A DNA stretch of 64,000 nt, from the NCBI RefSeq assembly GCF_009914755.1, contig NC_060932.1, one strand, 5' to 3'. Both the position numbers and the translations under genes were made by a program. This DNA is from the human T2T-CHM13v2.0 reference genome, Homo sapiens. Each line of letters opens with the position of its first letter. Position 1 is the first letter of the stretch. Below the pieces are notes generated by a model. That model had not been told where the DNA came from, did not search any database, and saw nothing but the letters and a program-made list of their open reading frames with translations. Shown here in pieces: positions 1-13,813 of this stretch.

Positions 1-99
1 GCAAGTACAACAGTGGCAAAACTTAAATGTGGCCCATCTTTTTTAAACTGAAGACCTATTTACCTCAGTTCCTATAACTGTACACATTATGTCTGGTTT

Positions 100-2873
100 T
101 CAACAACAACAAAAAATTATAAACCATGCTAAAAGATAGAAAAAGAATGCAAGTTGAAGAGACAAAGAAAGTATGAGAAACAGAATCATATATGAGAGAG
201 ATTTTGAAATTATCAGTTTGTGAATGTAAAATAATCATGATTAATATTCTAAGGGCGCTAATGGAGAAAGTGAACGATATGGAAAACAAAATAAAACATT
301 GCAAGCAGTGTAAGAAGAGAGATGGACATTCTAAAAATTAGCAAAAAGGACATGCAGGAAATTCATAACACTATAATAGGAATGAAGAATGTCTGTTTTT
401 AATGAGCTCATCTGAAGTGCAGGCACAGCTTAAGTGAGAATCACTAACCTCAAAGATAGGTCAAGAGAAACCCTGCACACTTAAACATAAAGAGTGAGAA
501 TATTTAACAGAAAAAAATCTATTAAAAATAGAGCACCCAAGAAAAGTGGAACAATTTCAAAGGCATAATACACCATGTGATTAATTGGAATGAGAGAAGT
601 AGAAGAAAGACAAAAAGGAGCACAAAAATATCTGATGTTACATTGTAAATAACCTCCCTAAATTAATGACTAACACTAAATGACAAATACAGGAAGCAGG
701 CATATTATATTCAAAATGCAGGAAATTAAAGACAAAGAAAAAAATCTTGAAAACACACAAAAAACATAATCTCTAAAAGAAGAATGAGAACTACAGAGAA
801 CTTATCAAAACACACAAAAGAAAGAGAGTGCAGTAAAATATTTGAAACATTGAAGATAAAAAACAGTTTATATTCGGTAAAATTATTACTCAAAAACACA
901 AGAAAAAATAAAGACTTTCTCATCTCACCAAAAACTTAGGCAATTCATAATAGATCTTACCTGCAGGAAATGTTAAAAATTCTTTAGGGAGAAGGAAGAT
1001 AATATAGCTGAGAAATTCAAATCCACATAAATAAAGGAAGTGAATAAAGAAGGAATCAGAAAAGGTATAGTTTTTTTTCCTTATTGATAATTGTTTTGAA
1101 AGATAATTTAAAAATAATAATATTAAAAACATATTGAGTAATATAGCATGTAGATAAGTGAAATGAATGAAAGCAATGGAATAAGAAACTAGAGGAAGGA
1201 ATTGGAAGTATTCTGATATAAGACATATGCTCCATCTATGAAGCAATATAGTGTTACTTGAAGGAGAATTTTAATTAGTTATAAACAAATATTGAAAAAC
1301 CAATAAAATACATTTTTTAAAGTTAATTGATATGCTAAGAGAAGAGATAAATGGAATCATGTCAGATTTTGAATTAAACTCAGACGAGGCAGAAAATAAA
1401 AGAACAAGAACAACAAATACAATGGATTGAAAACAGTTAAAAACATGGTAGGTATTCATCCAAATATACAAAAACCACTTTAAATATGAAGGATTTAAAT
1501 ACAGCAAGCGAAAAACAAAGACGGCTCAGAGTGATTTAATAAAAGCAAAAACAAAACTAAGCCCCCAAAAATGTTGTCACAAAAAACTCACTTAAATATA
1601 GAGACTCAATAAGCGAATAGTAAAAATTAGGTGAATTATAAAATTATACTGCTTACTAACTTTAATGGAAAGTATCCTGGATTATCAATTTTACAGAAAT
1701 GGACATCTGGGATTATGGGGAGTATTACATATGATAAAGGGGATCAATTATCCAGAACGACATAACAATCCTAAACATATATGCACTTAACTACTGAGCA
1801 TCTGATAGGTGATGCAAAAACCTTACAGAACTAAAGTGACCAGTAGAAACTTTTATAATAGGACACTTCAACAGCCTTCTTTTTGGAATTAATACATGCA
1901 ACAGAAAAAATTCTCAGTGAGAATGTAGATGACCTGAAGAGCACAATCTTTTAACTTGATCAGGTTTCCTCAGATTAATAGAACATTCTCCAAGTTAGAC
2001 AAAATCATGGGCTATAAAACACTTTTTAACTAAATACAAGAATAGAAATCTAAGTATATTCTCAGATCACAATAGAAATAATTTAGAAAACAATAGAAGA
2101 AAGAGAAATGGAAAATTGTAAAATCTTTGGTGATTCAAAAACATGTTTCTAAATAACACACGCGTCAAAGAAGTCCTAATAGTAATTAAAAATATTTGTT
2201 CTAAATTAACATAAAAACACAATTCATCAAAATATATGAGATGTATTAAAAACAGCATGTAGAAGAAAATTTATAGCATTAAATGTACATATTAGAAAAT
2301 TTCAAAATCTAAAATCAATCACCGAAGCTTCCATTTTTAAAAATTGGGAAAGAAAAATGATTTATGCTTAATGGAAACAAAGGAAATTAATAAAAAATTA
2401 AAGCAGAAATGAATTGAACTGGAGACAGAAAAAAACCGGAATATCAGCAAAGTTTTCTTTGAAAGAAATTAGTAAAGTTGATAAACTTTTAGCCAAAGTA
2501 ACCAACAAAAAGAAAAGCCCCAAATTAGCAATATCAAAAATAGAAGTGGGATTTTTCTATGATCTCTACTGATCCTGTGTGCATTGTGAAGGTAATAAAG
2601 AGTATTATAAACAAGTTCATAACTCACAATTCGATCTTTTAAGTGAGGTGGATCATTCATTGAAAGACATATAATACCATCGCTTAACAAGGAAAAATGA
2701 ATTAGCTGAGTCAACCTATAAATATCAAATAAATCTAACTGGTATTTTCAGTATTTTAACAAAGAAAACATGAGGCCCAGAGAGTCTCATTTGTGAATCT
2801 TACCAAACATTTAAGAAAAAAAGAATACTAATTATCCACAATATCTTTCAAAAATCAGAAGCAAAAAGTTTAC
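100..2873 (+). mobile_element. Old L1 (L1M-type) ORF1 and ORF2 5' remnants, heavily degenerate
   Basis: A-rich plus strand with L1-like segments, e.g. 'accactttaaatatgaaggatttaaatacagc' (endonuclease start), 'ggacacttcaacagcctt' and 'gaggcccagagagtctcatttgtgaatcttaccaaacatttaag'. No open frame. Confidence 0.8.
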
Positions 2874-3176
2874 TTTTTTTTTTTTTTTTGAGATGAGTGT
2901 CACTCTGTTGCCCATGCTGGAGTGCAGTGGCATGATCTCGGCTCACTGTAAAGCTCTGCCTCCCTGTTTCAAGCAATTCCCCTCTCCTGCCTCAGCTTCC
3001 TGAGGGGCTGGGACTACACACATGCACCATCATGCCAAGCTAATTTTTGTATTTTTAGTAGAGATGGGGTTTCACCATGTTGGCCAGGCTGGCCTCGAAC
3101 TCCTGACCTCAAGTGATCCACTCGTCTTGGCCTCCCAAAGTGCTGGGATTACAGGCATAAGCCACTGTGCCCAGCC
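2874..3176 (-). mobile_element. Alu, AluS-like
   Basis: Poly-T followed by an antisense Alu dimer ending 'gtgcccagcc'; contains 'cctgacctcaagtgatcc'. Confidence 0.93.
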
Positions 3177-3220
3177 TAGAAAGATCATATTTTAATTCAT
3201 TTTCTGAAATTCAATTTACT

Positions 3221-3545
3221 TATTTTATTTATTTATTTATTTACTTACTTACTTATTTATTTTTTGAGATGGAGTCTTGCTCTGTCCCCCAGGCTGGAGT
3301 GCAGTGGTACAATCTCGGCTCAGTGCAAGCTCCGCCTCCTGAGTTCACGCCATTCTCCTGCCTCATTGTCCCAAGTAGCTCGGATTACAGGCGCCCGCCA
3401 CCATGCCCGGCTAACTTTTTGTATTTTAGTAGAGACGGGGTTTCACCGTGTTAGTCAGGATGGTCTCGATCTCCTGATTTCGTGATCCACCCGCCTCGGC
3501 CTCCCAGTGTGCTGGGATTACAGGCGTGAGCCACCGCACCCAGCC
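3221..3545 (-). mobile_element. Alu, AluY-like, with (TTTA)n tail
   Basis: AluY-type 'gcaagctccgcc...ttcacgccattc' and 'caccgtgttag'; approximate TSD ctgaaa(t/c)tcaat on both sides. Confidence 0.92.
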
Positions 3546-3711
3546 CTGAAACTCAATGTATACTCACATAAAACTAAATTCTGACACAGGTGAATAGACC
3601 AATATCTCTCATAAATATAGATGTAACGTTTTCAAAAAAAATAGCAAATTAAGTCAAAAAATGTATTAAAAGAATTATACAGCATGGTCAGATATCCAGT
3701 GTTGGTTCATT

Positions 3712-4066
3712 GTTTTAGATTTTTCAGGCTGCCATAAAACAATGCTATGAAGTTGGTGGCACATAAACAACAAGGCTTTATTTTCCACCGTTCTGGAGGC
3801 TGGGAAGTTCAAGGTCATGAGATCAGCAGGTTCAATGTTTGGTGAAGACTCGTTTCCTGGTTGACAGGCAGCCACCTTGTTGCGGCATTCTCACATGGAG
3901 GAAGGAATGAGCCAGCTCTTTGGAGTCTCTTTTATAAAGGCACTGATCTCCACTGTCATGACCAAATCAGCACCCAAAAGCCCCAACTCCTAATACTATC
4001 ACCTTGGAAGTTAGGATTTCAACATATAAATTTGAGGTGGCAGTACACCAATATTCAGGTAATAGC
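3712..4066 (-). mobile_element. MaLR solo LTR (MLT1A-like)
   Basis: 'ggctgccataa...aaacaacaa...ttctggaggctgggaagttcaagg' and 'ttaggatttcaacatataaattt', typical of antisense MLT1. Confidence 0.75.
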
Positions 4067-4099
4067 ATTTATCAATAAAAAAGAAGTCACTTTGCTAAA

Positions 4100-4667
4100 A
4101 CACATCAAAACCAACACCACCACTGACAAAGTATTTTACCATATGAATTACTTTAGGAAAATAATTTCACAGAATCCAACAGCCATTCCTGAAAAAAACT
4201 CTCAGCAAACTACTACTACAGGAGACTTTCTCCAGCTTGTTAAAGAACATCTTCCAAATACCTATAGCTAACATCATACTTAATGGTGAAAATCTGGTCA
4301 TTTTTCTATTGTCAGGAACATGGCAAGGATGTCCTCTTTTATCCCTCTGATTCAACATCATTCTGGGTATATTACCTAGTGCAATACAAAATTAAAGGAA
4401 ATAAAGTTATATAGGTTGGGAAGAACAAAATAAAAGAGTTTGTATTTGTATATTACATTGATCTATGTAGAAAATCTCAAACAACTGAAAAAAATGATTC
4501 CTGGAACTAATAAGAAATAGGAAGACCATAGATGCAATGCTAGAATACAAAAGTCAATTGCTTTCCCATATACAAGCAATGAACTTTTGGGATTTGAAAT
4601 TAAAAACTAAATAAAATATTACCATTTACAATCAACCCAATTATAATATAATACTTAGGTATAGCTA
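4100..4667 (+). mobile_element. L1 ORF2 (RT region) remnant, continuation of the same old L1
   Basis: 'ctaacatcatacttaatggtgaaa', 'ggaacatggcaaggatgtcctct', 'tatgtagaaaatctcaa'. Confidence 0.8.
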
Positions 4668-5020
4668 TGTTATGGACTAAATGTTTGTGTCTCTGCAAAA
4701 TTCATATGTTGAAGCACTAACCTCCAATGTGATGATATTAGGAAGTAGGGTCTTTAGGAGGTACAGTAACAGAATTAGTGACCATATAAAAAGACACAAC
4801 AGCTTGTTTTCTCTTTCTGCTCTATGAGGACACAGTGAGAAAATGGCTGTCTGGAAAACAGAAACTAGCCCTCACCAGACACCAGATCCGCTGGCACCTT
4901 GAACTTGGACTTTTCAGCTTTCAGAACCAAAAATAAATAAATAACTTCCGAAAAACTGGATGTTATTCAGGACATCCAATTTGTGGTACCTTGCTAAAGC
5001 AGCCTGAACACACTAAGGCA
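4668..5020 (+). mobile_element. MaLR solo LTR (MLT1A-like)
   Basis: Starts 'tgttatggactaaatgtttgtgtc...aaattcatatgttgaagc', ends 'gcagcctgaacacactaaggca' (TG...CA termini). Confidence 0.8.
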
Positions 5021-6850
5021 ACATATAACCAAATATGTACAGGATTTATCTGCAAGAAATTACAAATCTCTGATGAAAGAAATCAAAGAAAATCTAAATA
5101 AATGGAAAGATAGTCCAGGTTCATGTATTGGGACAGCAAGTATTATTAAGGTGTCAGTTATTGCTAACCTGATCTATACATGTAATGCAATCTCACTCAA
5201 AATCCCAGCAAGCTATTCTATAGACATGGACAAATTTATCCTAAACTTAATATGGAGAGGCAAAAGACCTACAGTAGCTTAAACATTACTGAAATACAGC
5301 AGTTGAAAGAACTTCACTCCCTAAATTCAAGACCTACTGTAAAGTTACGTTATTCAAAGTAGCATTATACAAGACCACATGGTACTGGTGAAAGAGCACA
5401 AGGAACAATACTCCAATAGCAGTAAGAATGCCTAGTGATGGAATAGTGATTTATAATGCTGCTCTCCCATGAAAGGAATCAGAGTTCCTTGGAGAAATGG
5501 TTGATTCCAGGACTGGCGCTGGGCATATACAAGTGGATCCTGCAGTATCTTATAGTGCAGGAAATAAGAAGGGTTAAAAAATATGTAAAATGATAGGAAT
5601 GTGTAAAAGGAACACAAGGGTCAAATGATAGTGCTCCTAATGTCCAGATTTGAAATACTTTGAGCAAAACATTACGTAATGTAGTATTTGACTATACCCT
5701 GAGTTAAGAAATAAGTATCCATGAGTCCATATGGATATAATATATTAAAAAATAAATGAAAGATGGTAGACAAGTCTGCTGTGGAGAATAATTTTAGAAA
5801 ATATACACACACAAAAATACTCTGCTCACAAGGGAGTTGAACATAACTTCCCACCCCTTCAACGTAGGCTGCACAGAGTGACTACTTACAAAGTGCACAG
5901 TGTGGAAAGTGAGAAAAGATGAGATTGACTCCATAGTGGAAAAATATGACAACCATCATGTATTACTCTGTTCTTACACTGATAATAAGGACGTCCCTGA
6001 GACTGGGTAATTTATAAAGGAAAGGGGTTTAATTGACTCACAGTTCAACGTGGCTGGGGAGGCCTCAGGAAACTTACAATCATGGCAGAAGAGGAAGCAA
6101 ACATATCCTTCTTCACATGGTGGCGGCAAGAAGAAGTGCCAAGCAAAAGGACGAAAAGCCCCTTGTCAAACCATCAGATCTCATGAGAACTCATTCACTA
6201 TCAAGAGAACAGCATGGAGGTAACCGCTCCCTTGATTCAATTACCTCCCACCTGGTCCTTCCAACCACACATGGGGATTATGGAAACTGCAATTCAAGAT
6301 GAGATTTGGATGGGGACACAGCCAAACCATAGCACATCACCTCAGTCACGTGAAGCAGGTCAGCATCAATCATGGTAAATCATGTTAATCACATGCACTC
6401 TTGATAAGATATAGCAAAAATGGCGCTTTACCTTTTTTAGTCTTCCTCCCCCAAACCCACAATCCTTGTCTAATCATGAGTAAAACATCAGGTAAATCCA
6501 ACCACGGGACAGTTTACAAAGTATCTAATGAGTATGTCTTAAAGTTGTCAAGGTCATCAAAAGTGAGGAAAGTCTAAGAAATTATCAGGGGCAAGAGCCT
6601 AAGTAGACATGACAATTCAATGCAATACAGCTTCCTAGATGGAATTCTGGAGTAAAAATTGTTAAAAATTAAAAGGAATCATAGTGAAGTATGGAATTTT
6701 GTTAATAATAATGATTCAATATTGAGGCACGATTTGTAAAATCATACCATACCAATATAAGAAGTTGATTTTGGAAGCATCAGAAATGGATGGCAAGCCT
6801 ATGCTCTATCTTCTCAAATTACATACACATAAAATTACTGTAAAATAAAA
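5021..6850 (+). mobile_element. L1MC-type ORF2 end and 3' UTR, interrupted by THE1
   Basis: ORF 5073-5282 resembles L1 ORF2 (KEIKENLNKWKD...); 3' UTR motif 'aaaggaatcagagttccttggagaaatggttgattccaggactgg'. Confidence 0.75.
5959..6334 (-). mobile_element. THE1 solo LTR (THE1C-like)
   Basis: 'tgtatt...gagactgggtaatttataaagg...gggacacagccaaaccatagca'; perfect 5-bp TSD CATCA at 5954-5958 and 6335-6339. Confidence 0.93.
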
Positions 6851-7524
6851 ACAAATAAATGTTAAATCTAGTTATCATCTTTATTAGAGTTTAAAGTCAA
6901 TTAATCTAATATGTCTTTATATACCAGCAAGATTCAGGGAATGATAGAAAATGCGCTATATTCAGCGGGTTTCAATTCGATCGCGTCACCCTCTACCTGT
7001 GTCATAACACACAGATCCCTGCCTCTTCATCGCCCACCTCATGTAATCGAAGTGATGGAGGGCTCAACTCTCTCTTGCTTTCCTTACACTGTATCTCTGA
7101 CATTTATAACCACTTCCTCTGAAATTAGTAGAATACAACTACTTTCATATGGATAAGTAGTAAATATTTCTCAGATGAATGCTGTACTTATTTTGTATTT
7201 TTCATAAAGTCTGATAAAATAAAACATTGTTTATATAGCAGAGTCAAGATGACTAAAGTGATAGTATTTTTTAAATCATAAAATCCTAAAATATCAGAGT
7301 AGGAAGGAGCTAATTTAGAGATGAGCAGACTGAGACTTGGAAAGAGAAAAGACTGTAAATTCCTCATATCAGTTAGAGACATCTTTAGGCATCCAATGTA
7401 CCTTCCACATTTTAAATTGAAAATTAGCCATATCATTTTTCTTTAAAAGGTATTTCATCATATGCCTATTTAACTCTATTCTCCAAATCACAAAAAAGAG
7501 ACTAAGGAACCATTCTACTCTGAC

Positions 7525-7572
7525 GTGTGTCTGTGTGTGTGTGTGTGTGTGTGTCTGTGTGTGTGTGTGGTG
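7525..7572. repeat. Interrupted (TG)n microsatellite
   Basis: Seen directly. Confidence 0.95.
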
Positions 7573-9439
7573 TATACTTCTGAATAGTTTCGTATGAAAA
7601 CAATTGCTTAATTTGCTTATATTACCTCTGCGGATAACATGCATGTGCACGAAGCAATGATTCACTCTAAGTTTAGAATAAAACCTCTTTCTTGGTTACT
7701 TAGAGCTTAAACATGAAGATGACCTCCGCTTTGAACCCAGTAGGTACTCATTTCTAAAGGGTGTGATTTGTTTCATGTCTCAGTGGGAACATGCTGACTG
7801 GGCTTGAATACAGAACAGCTATTGGGCTGCATGTGGCATATTCATGAAATGTATTTTTCAACATGAACTGGAACTAGGGCCCCCAACGGAATAAAGACAA
7901 CAAAAGACCCATGTTTTCTCATTAAAGAAAGTTACCTGTCCCCCTCCAATCTAGAGAACACCCATAATTACATGCAAATGATGTGATTTTCAACTGTTGT
8001 GATAATCTATTACTATAATTAAGTGCCATGCACAATATTTTAAACAACTCACACAGATCACCATGAATCATGTGGACTCTGCAGTAGACCATTATTACAA
8101 CAGATCTGCTTGATCACAGATAACATTATTCTAAGCTTTGAGGGCAGGGGTGATATAACATACCAAACATAAATAATTTATAGAACCATGAGAAAGAAAT
8201 CAGTGCTTGTTTTTTATTTTGCATTTGTTTTAAACCATTATGGGAAAACTCAAACTTTTATTTTCAAATGTCTAAGACTCTGGAGATACTGTATTTAATA
8301 TGGTTGTCAGAGTCTGGCACCAGTCCAATAAAACTTGCACTTAAAATTGCTACAATTAAATTGGCTAATAAGAATTATGTTAACACAAAGCTGCTTATGC
8401 CTTTCTGTTGAGAAAGGATTTTCTCATTCCTTGTTAACAGAGGTTAAAGAAAAAAAATGGAAGGTAAAATTAATCCAATTACCTTGTTTTTTCTTCCATC
8501 ATCCCAAGGAAAAAGAGTATGTTTCTTCACAATCAACATTCAGCACATTTCCCTAATTAATGCAATTTGATAAAATGAAACAAATTCATGATGTCATTAA
8601 CTGAGTTCTGCCTAATGAAGTTGGGTTCTATGAAACATTAACTGCAGAGCAAAATCCATTTCTGTGGCCAGGGAAACACGCATATATCATTTCAGTACAT
8701 TTACTTTGGAAGTACCAATCATGAAGGCTTATCACTACAATCACCATGTCTTGATAAATCAACATAAATTAACATTTTGATCAATGCCATCATTAAACCC
8801 AGGCTGTGAAAGAAGGAATCTACTCTGCTGAAGTGGCACAAATTAACTCTGCCCCCTGACAAAATAAGAGGCTGCCCGGTGGACGACTGTTGTTTTTTCA
8901 TTTGAAGCTGTATTTCTCTTACCAAGTTTGACAATAACCATCAATATCATCAAATCACGAAAAGGAAATTTACTTTCACAGACACAGTGTGAATAGTGGT
9001 TTTAAAAGAAGACAAAAGAGCTGAAGGTTGCTAAAAGTTATGTAAAACCTACAAATACCCTTGTTTATTCACATATAAAAATATATACATATTTAGATAT
9101 GTAAGATTATATAGCCACTGTGATTACAAAAGTAGAATTTAAATATTTAAATTTTTTTCTCCAAATTAAAAACAAATATTACTGCAAATTCACTTTATCC
9201 CTTGTCAGGTTGTTATGAATCCAATAAACTCAAATATTTATTTCCTTCCTTTTAATTTTCCTTCTATTGTTCTTGTATGCAGGATCTTTTTAGCTAGTTG
9301 TTGATTATCATTACCTATATTGTTATTAGCAAAATTAAAACTTCATTCATTTTTCCTGACATATTAACTAATGTCGTTTTTCTTTGATACAATCTTATTC
9401 AAATATTACAACACATTTAGCAGTCACTGTCTCCTTGGC

Positions 9440-10250
9440 CTCCTAGTGGCTTTCGACAATTTATTAATTTAACTGGTCTTGGCAGTTTTAAAGAGAACAG
9501 GTCAGTTATTTCGTAGAATGTTGGGACTTGGATTTTTTCATCTGACTGGAATTTATCTGATGTTTTTCCCATTCTTAGGTCAGAAGTATGGGTAGAAAGA
9601 CCCAGAGATAAAGTATCCTTTTCATCACGTCATTTCAAAACATTGATTCACGAGAACTCTCAGTTAAAATTCCCACCATTACATTGGCTAATGAGAACCA
9701 TGTTAATACAAAATAGCTCATACTTTCATGTTGGAGAAGGGTCAAGCTGATCTATCACTATAAATGTGATTTATTACTGTTGACGTTAAGCTTGACAGCT
9801 GGCTGAAACAATGTTGTCAGGTTTCTCCACTGAAAGTCACATGCCTCCTCTTGCCTTTCCCTCCTGCTCTCTGTAGAAGGAAGTCACTAAACGCACCCGT
9901 AACACAGAGTTATGGTCCACTCTTTAGAGCAGAGTATCTTGATACAATATATTTAATTCTTTGCACAGGAGACTTCCCTGTCCTCCCTCATGTCTTTACA
10001 TATTCAACCATTTGCTTATTTCAGTATGAAGTCAATAATATACTTGGGGTGTAGCTTATCGTTACTTTGTTTTATTGTCCAAATTGTCGCAGTTTCAACT
10101 CTAGCCAGTTATCTCAGTTAGTTCCAATGTCCTTTTCACATTCCCCCATCATCTCTGTGTGTATCTGTGTGTGCGTGTTTTAGCACTTACTTACTGGAAC
10201 TACAAGACGCTTCAGGCTCACCATGTGTTCTTTCCTGCCTCAATACTTCA
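9440..10250 (-). mobile_element. L1MC/MD-type 3' UTR fragment
   Basis: 'ttggcagttttaaagagaacaggtcagttatttcgtagaatg' and 'caggtttctccactgaaagtcac', antisense counterparts of the UTR motifs near 5900-6560. Confidence 0.65.
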
Positions 10251-10254
10251 ATGA

Positions 10255-10542
10255 GGCTGTGCACGGTGGCTCATGCCTCTAATCCCAGAACTTTGGGAGG
10301 CCAAGATGGTGGCTCAACTGACCCCAGGGGTTCAAGACCAGCCTAGACAACATGGCAACATTCAGTCGCTACAAAAAATACAAAAATCAGCCAGGTGTGA
10401 TGTTGTGTGTGTGTGGTCCTAGCCACTCAGGGGGCTGAGGTGGGAGGTTTGCTTAAGCTGTGAGGTTGAGGCTGCAGTGAGCCACCACTGCACTCCAGCC
10501 TGGGAAACAGGGGAATACCCTGTATCAAACAAACAAACAAAA
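10255..10542 (+). mobile_element. Alu, AluJ-like
   Basis: Diverged Alu dimer with 'gctgaggtgggaggtttgcttaagc' and a (CAAA)n tail. Confidence 0.88.
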
Positions 10543-12949
10543 CCTTTCAATCGACCATTTCTCTAATTAGAATGTCAACTGAGATTCTGATTCTATCACT
10601 CAGCAAAACATCCCTTTGGAACGAGGCATTTAGAAGGGTCAAGGGAAAATTGACTTAATAATAATATCGCTTCTCCGTAGAGTAGCATCTGAAATACTGT
10701 TCCCTTCTTACTAAGGTTGTCATTTGCAATGGTGGCAACCATGATATCAACCTCTATTTAAATGTGTATTTAAACTGTATTAACTTCCATTTTTCCTTTG
10801 ATTCCTGTTGTGAGAGAATGATAATTGGTTCCTAATGCCCGTTCTCTACTTCTCCTTTTAGTTACACATATGACCACCTTTAATATATTTTCCAGACTTT
10901 GCATATGAGCAAAAACACATGACTGATTTCTCACCAAGAAGATAAGAGCAGAAATGTTCTGTTTATTGTTTTCAGGCAAGACATTGGCTTCCACTCCCCA
11001 TCCCTACTCGTTGCTGGCTGGAATGTAGAAGAGGTAGAGAAATATCTTGGATCACAGAGCATCTTCCCATTGGCAGAGCAACAAAGCAGAAGTACCCTCC
11101 ATGCCCTATTCCACAAATAAGTTGTTGGCTTATAGTGTTTACCATGTTCTCTATTTCCTCTTCAGTCTTCTGTCTAGTGGTTAGATCCATTACTGAAAGT
11201 TGGTTCTTTTTGTCTCTAATTATTACTGTCAAATTTTCTACTTTGTTTTCGTTTCAGTCAGTTTTTGTTTTATGCATACTGTGATTATGCTGCTAAATGC
11301 ATATATTTTAATAAATGTTTTATCTTCTTGACTTTTTAAACCTTTTTATAATTATAAGATACCCCTTTTATCTAGTAATTATTTTTGGTCTTGAAGTCTC
11401 TTTTACTTGATGTTAAGATAGCTATTATCGGTTACAGTTTTTAAAATATCCTTTTTAAATCTATCATTTTACTTTCGTTCCATTTGTGTGTTTAAATCTA
11501 ATGCGTGTCTTCTGCATACAGTGTAACATCAGACCATTTAAAAAAAATTCATTCTGTCAACCTCTACCTTTTCACAGTGTTCAATCTATTTACTTTGGTT
11601 GTAGTTATTAATAAGGTAAGATTTATATCTGCCATTTTATTTGTTTTTATATACTGTATGTCCTTTTTATTATTTTATTCCTCAATTATTGCACTCTCTT
11701 ATGTTAAATAAATATTTTCTACTGTGCTACTTAAATTATACAGTCATTTATTTTATTTTATTTTTGTTATTTTCTTAGTAGTTGCCCTAGAAATTAAAAT
11801 AGCCATCTTAATTTATAACAATCTAGTTTAGATTAAATCCAAGGTGATTTAACATATATAAAAATTTGCTTTTGTATATTCCTATTTTCGCCCTCATTTG
11901 TGCTACTATTTTTATACTTAGTACATATTTACTCATTTATATATCACATGTGGAAGAAAAAGTTACAAAAATAAATACAGCTGTACTGTATTTTGTGTTT
12001 ACTTTTGTAGTTACTTTTACCAAAGCTCTTCATTGTATTGTGTGGACTTGAATTTTTTTTCTAGTGTCCATGAGTTTAAAGGATTTTCTCAATATTTCTT
12101 TCAGGACAGATATGCTGGGTATAAATTTTCCTGTTTTATGTTTAAATGAGAATGTCTTAATTTCTTTCATTTTGAAGTATAATTTTACTGTGTATAGAGT
12201 TCTTGGCTGACTGTTTTTTTTCAGCATTTTGCATTTATCATCCCATTGTCTTCTGATCTTTATGGCTTCTGATGAAAAATCGGCTACTAATCTTATTAAG
12301 GATGCCTTGATGAGTTGCTTCAATATTCTCTCTTTGACTTGCATTTTGACAGTTTGACTGTGATGTGTTTCATTGACTATGATGTGTTTCATTGTGGATG
12401 CTTTGAATTTTTCATACTGGAGTTTATTGCATTTCTTGGATGTGTATGTTCATGTCTTTCATCAAATATGTGATGTTTTTGATTATTATTTCTTCCATAC
12501 TTTTTCTGTCCCCTTTTCTTTCTCATCTCCTTAGGAGACTCTTCATCATGTGTATCCTGGAATGCTTTCAGTGTCCCAGGGGTCTCTGAGGCTTTGCTCT
12601 TTCCCTTTTAAAATTATTTTTCTGTTATTTTTTTAACAAAATAAATATTTTAATTAACCCATCTTCAAATTCACTGATTCTTTCTACACTATCTTATATC
12701 TTCTGCTGAATTACTCTAGTGCATTTTTATTTCAGTTATTGTAATTATCAACTCCAGAATTGCTATTTTTTTGGTAATTTATATGTCTTTATTGATATTG
12801 TTTATTTGGTTAGACATTACTCTCATACTTTCCTTGAATTATTTTTGCTGTTGCTTAGCTATTTTCTTGGACTAATTCCTTAATATCTGTGTTATTTGTT
12901 ATTTGTGGTCATTGTACTCTCTGCTCAGTTAGCTTCAGTTCTATTTCTT

Positions 12950-13258
<309 letters not shown>

Positions 13259-13458
13259 CAGTTCTATTTCTTAGAAGGCTACAACCAGTAATCTCCTAGT
13301 GCTTGCTCATCAGTTTTGAGTGCATTTTAGGACACACCTCAACACTCAAGCAGGCAGTGTTTACAGCTCTGCTTTAACACCCACCTCCTATATGAACAAG
13401 GTCTCAAGGTCTTGCAAAGGTAAGGGGCCTACTTAGGGTATTTCTTTGACATACATAG

Positions 13459-13813
<355 letters not shown>

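Noticed and set aside
7580-9000. Repeat-poor stretch with homeobox and octamer-like motifs
   Set aside because: Such motifs are frequent in AT-rich DNA, and conservation cannot be judged from a single sequence.
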